Origin: Octopus bimaculoides
Taxonomy: Eukaryota
Assembly (NCBI RefSeq): GCF_001194135.2
Contig: NC_068981.1
Span: 57,930,877-57,968,337 of the forward strand
Reading direction: 5' to 3'
Length of the DNA: 37,461 nt
Program-made: the position numbers and the translations under genes
Shown: one piece after another, positions 34,386-37,461 of the stretch
Layout of the letters: every line of letters starts with the position of its first letter
Position numbering within the stretch: the stretch's first letter is position 1
The notes under the pieces: model-generated
Databases searched by the model: none
The model's input: only the letters and a program-made list of their open reading frames with translations
Told to the model about the DNA's origin: nothing

Positions 34386-34386
<1 letters not shown>
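34028..34386. other. Assembly gap (359 N)
   Basis: Run of N. Confidence 1.
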
Positions 34387-34423
<37 letters not shown>

Positions 34424-35059
34424 ACATATATATAAAGTTAAATTTTCTTATGAAGTATGTTTTTAAGTATACTTCACAATATATGGACTGTATTAAGAAG
34501 TGCTCAATGCAAGCTAAATTGAAGGATAAGGGAAATTATAGAAGGAACATATTTGGGCAATCAATACAAATTCCAAAGCATAATTTAAAACACACAACGA
34601 AATAAATATACATATAAATTTATAAATCAGTGAACAAAATTACATGTAAAATTCATATGTGAAAACTATGTGTCAAGTACATTGGGTTCTGTGGGTTCAG
34701 GTACCGAATTAGAGTTCATTGGGTTCAGGTACTGAATGGAGGAGTGACAAATAAAGGGATAAATATTCGAGGTAAGGACTTCCAAAAGGAACTGTCTGAA
34801 TCGACTAAGAATTTGATGTTTATATGAAATGTCAGATGAGAGTTCAAAATTTAAAAATTCATGGGTAAATAGGTAGATAAAATAAATATAAATAAGTATA
34901 CAGATTCGGGTGAATTCCAGTAAAGGATATCATTTACGGCCATTTCAGGGGTACAATGAATGTATAAATGGCGTTTTTAGCATTCCAAATACAGAAATAT
35001 AATGCCCCCCCCTTGTCAGGATGCTTTCTTTCTTGATAAAATGCCACATGGTAATAATT

Positions 35060-35195
35060 TCCCTTACATACATGCATACATACATATATATTTATATATA
35101 TATATATATGCACACACATATACATACATATGCATATATATGTACACATAAATACATATATATACATACATACATATATATATATATACATAAAT

Positions 35196-35264
<69 letters not shown>

Positions 35265-35400
35265 TCCATACACATATATATACACAAATATACATACATA
35301 AATAGATATATATACATATATATGTATACATATATATACATACATAAATATATCATAGTGAAAGTAATAGAATTGAAACTAATATATATATACATAGTGA
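35060..35400. repeat. Degenerate (TA)n/(TACA)n microsatellite tract
   Basis: Direct reading; source of the spurious YI/HT-rich ORFs. Confidence 0.95.
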
Positions 35401-35682
35401 AAGTATTAATAGTTTCACTCTCAAAACTGGAAGTATTATCTCACATTACAATAGAGACGTTATTGTTTCACTTTCGACACAAAATACTGAAATAGTGTAA
35501 GAGATAAGAGATTGCTCTGGACTCTCATTGGGCAAGAAGTTGAAAATGTTTTGGCCCATGACACTGCATGAACTTTAAGTAAGGCATGTGTAGAATTTGA
35601 ATGAAATCTGTTGGGTAGTTCTTGAGTTTTAGTGATTCACACACACACACACACACACACATTCTCAGTTTTATATATATAG

Positions 35683-36097
35683 ATATCTCTAAAGCTGGTT
35701 TTTGCTAGCTCACTGTGGTCTTCTTTTGACAAAAACATGCAGTTCTTTTTATTTTCTTTAATTCACTGCCCATATATGTATTTTTTCTCACTAGCTGCTT
35801 CCTAATTCACTATCTAGAAAACTATATGTCCCTCCATCCCTCTCTCTCGATTTCTCTATCCCTCTCCTTCTCCCTCTTTCTCTCATTGCCTCTGATGGAC
35901 TTTCAAACTCTTCAACAGTAAACTTGCTCTTGTTTCCTAAATTGATTCTGTTTCTAACATAGCAATGTTTTATTATATACTTATATGTCTAAAGTTTGTT
36001 TTTGCTGGCTCAGCATGGTCTTCTTTTGAAGAAAACATGCTGTTTTCTTTTTTTGTTTAATTCACTGCCTAGATACTGATATCTTCTAGCTTGCTTC
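35683..36097 (+). repeat. Diverged direct duplication (about 115 bp, 300-bp spacing)
   Basis: ctaaag...ggtcttcttttga..aaaacatgc...taattcactgcc at 35689 and 35989. Confidence 0.8.
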
Positions 36098-36300
36098 CGT
36101 TCTTCCTGTAGCCCTTTTGTTGGAATCTGTTGGACTGTTATAATGTCCACTCCGGTATAGCAGTATAGTTAGTTAGACACAACTATCTATAACTGACTTC
36201 AACGACTTCCTGACGACTTGACTTCCTACGTCACAGCATTTGTAACAACTAGCACATACCATCTGTCACGTAGGAGGGGTGTTTCATTATTATTATCATT

Positions 36301-37323
36301 GCCTTTACACAGCTTCTAACGCTGGAGATGTACTACAGTGTCAGCTGTTCACTACCAGTGAACTAAGGTAGCACCTCATATTTTTTGAGCACCTTCTAGA
36401 GTATTTGAGCAGTTCCACACAGTGCTGTTTTCTGCAAGTGCTCCACCCTTATTGCAGCCCCTATTTGTTCCACATATTTCTCAAGATTTTTGCTCACTGT
36501 TCCCAGGGCTCTGACAATTATTGGTACTACTGCTACCTTTTTCATCGACCACAGCTGCTTAAATTCCCAACATAATCTGTCATATCTCTCAACTTTTCTT
36601 TCTTCCTTATCACATACCTTGTTGTCAGTTGGGCATGCTATATCTATGATCCAGTAAAGTTTGTTTTCTTTCTCAATTAAGACTATGTCTGGCTTCCTAT
36701 TCTCTATCTCATGGTCACACTGAATCATAAAATCCCATAGGATCTTTGCATTTCTATTTTTGAGGATGCCTTCAGGTTTGTGGTCGTACCAATTTTTCGC
36801 TCTGTCAATTCCATACTTGTTGCAAAGTGTCCAATGGATAAGCCTGGCTATATTGTCGTGGTGTCTCTTACATTTCTTCTGAGCTAGTGGCATACATTGG
36901 CTGGTAATATGCCATACGGTTTCACCGTTTTGTCTACAGATTCTGCACTTACCACTTTCTGTTGTGTTGTCTATTCTGTATTTTATGTAGTTTGTTCTTA
37001 GTGCTTGCTCTTAGGCAGCACAGATTAGAGCCTCTTTTAGTCATCCACAGTCATTTTTTTCTGTCTGTCTTATCTTCAACATCTTTATGAAATTGACCAT
37101 GCATTCTTTTCTTTACCCACCTATTTCCAGTTTCATTCATTTTCAATTGCTTTTACAGTGCTTTATCTTTGTAATCTTTCATTGTACACAAACCTGATCT
37201 TCTTCTAATAATAGCGATTCTGTGGCATTTTTTACATACCATGCTATGTTGTTTTCTTCTGCTCTAATGCTGTGTTCGCATCCAATAAGTCCTCTTCTCC
37301 TCTTTTTCTTGGTACATACAGTC
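36301..37323 (-). mobile_element. R4/Dong-clade non-LTR retrotransposon 3' fragment (CCHC knuckle and restriction-like endonuclease)
   Basis: Minus strand RLYVPRK.., CRICRQNGETVWHITSQC, then ORF 36396..36893 with HDNIAR..H, ILWDF, RKPDIV, IIDIACP and VVPIIV, followed by a short 3' UTR. Confidence 0.88.

Positions 37324-37386
<63 letters not shown>
37324..37386. repeat. (TTA)21 microsatellite
   Basis: Direct reading. Confidence 0.98.
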
Positions 37387-37387
<1 letters not shown>

Positions 37388-37461
37388 CCCCATAACATCT
37401 CTTTTAAGCTTTTTTTTCCAGGGAGTGTAATTTTATTTCTTTTTATCAACAATAATTTTTA

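Overview
AT-rich, microsatellite-laden animal genomic DNA. The repeat families point to an octopus or other coleoid cephalopod (inference). There are two N-gaps. I can support one host gene: an intact 6-exon PLA2G15/LCAT-family lysosomal phospholipase A2 on the + strand (12019-25941, 411 aa, triad S186/D349/H381, all introns GT-AG). The rest is mostly mobile-element debris: RTE, CR1-like and R4/Dong LINEs, tRNA-derived SINEs, mariner, pogo, hAT and Helitron-like pieces, and an internally deleted Ty3/Gypsy element. The most interesting feature lies in intron 2 (21597-22364): a 768-bp composite flanked by a 10-13 bp direct repeat. It is built from tandem and inverted copies of a 351-nt unit and carries two minimal type I hammerhead ribozyme motifs in opposite orientations, like Penelope pseudo-LTRs or retrozymes. 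A third, unrelated and degenerate hammerhead-like motif lies at 8012-8057, and a pre-miRNA-sized hairpin lies in intron 4. All alignments and folds were done by eye; no database searches were run.
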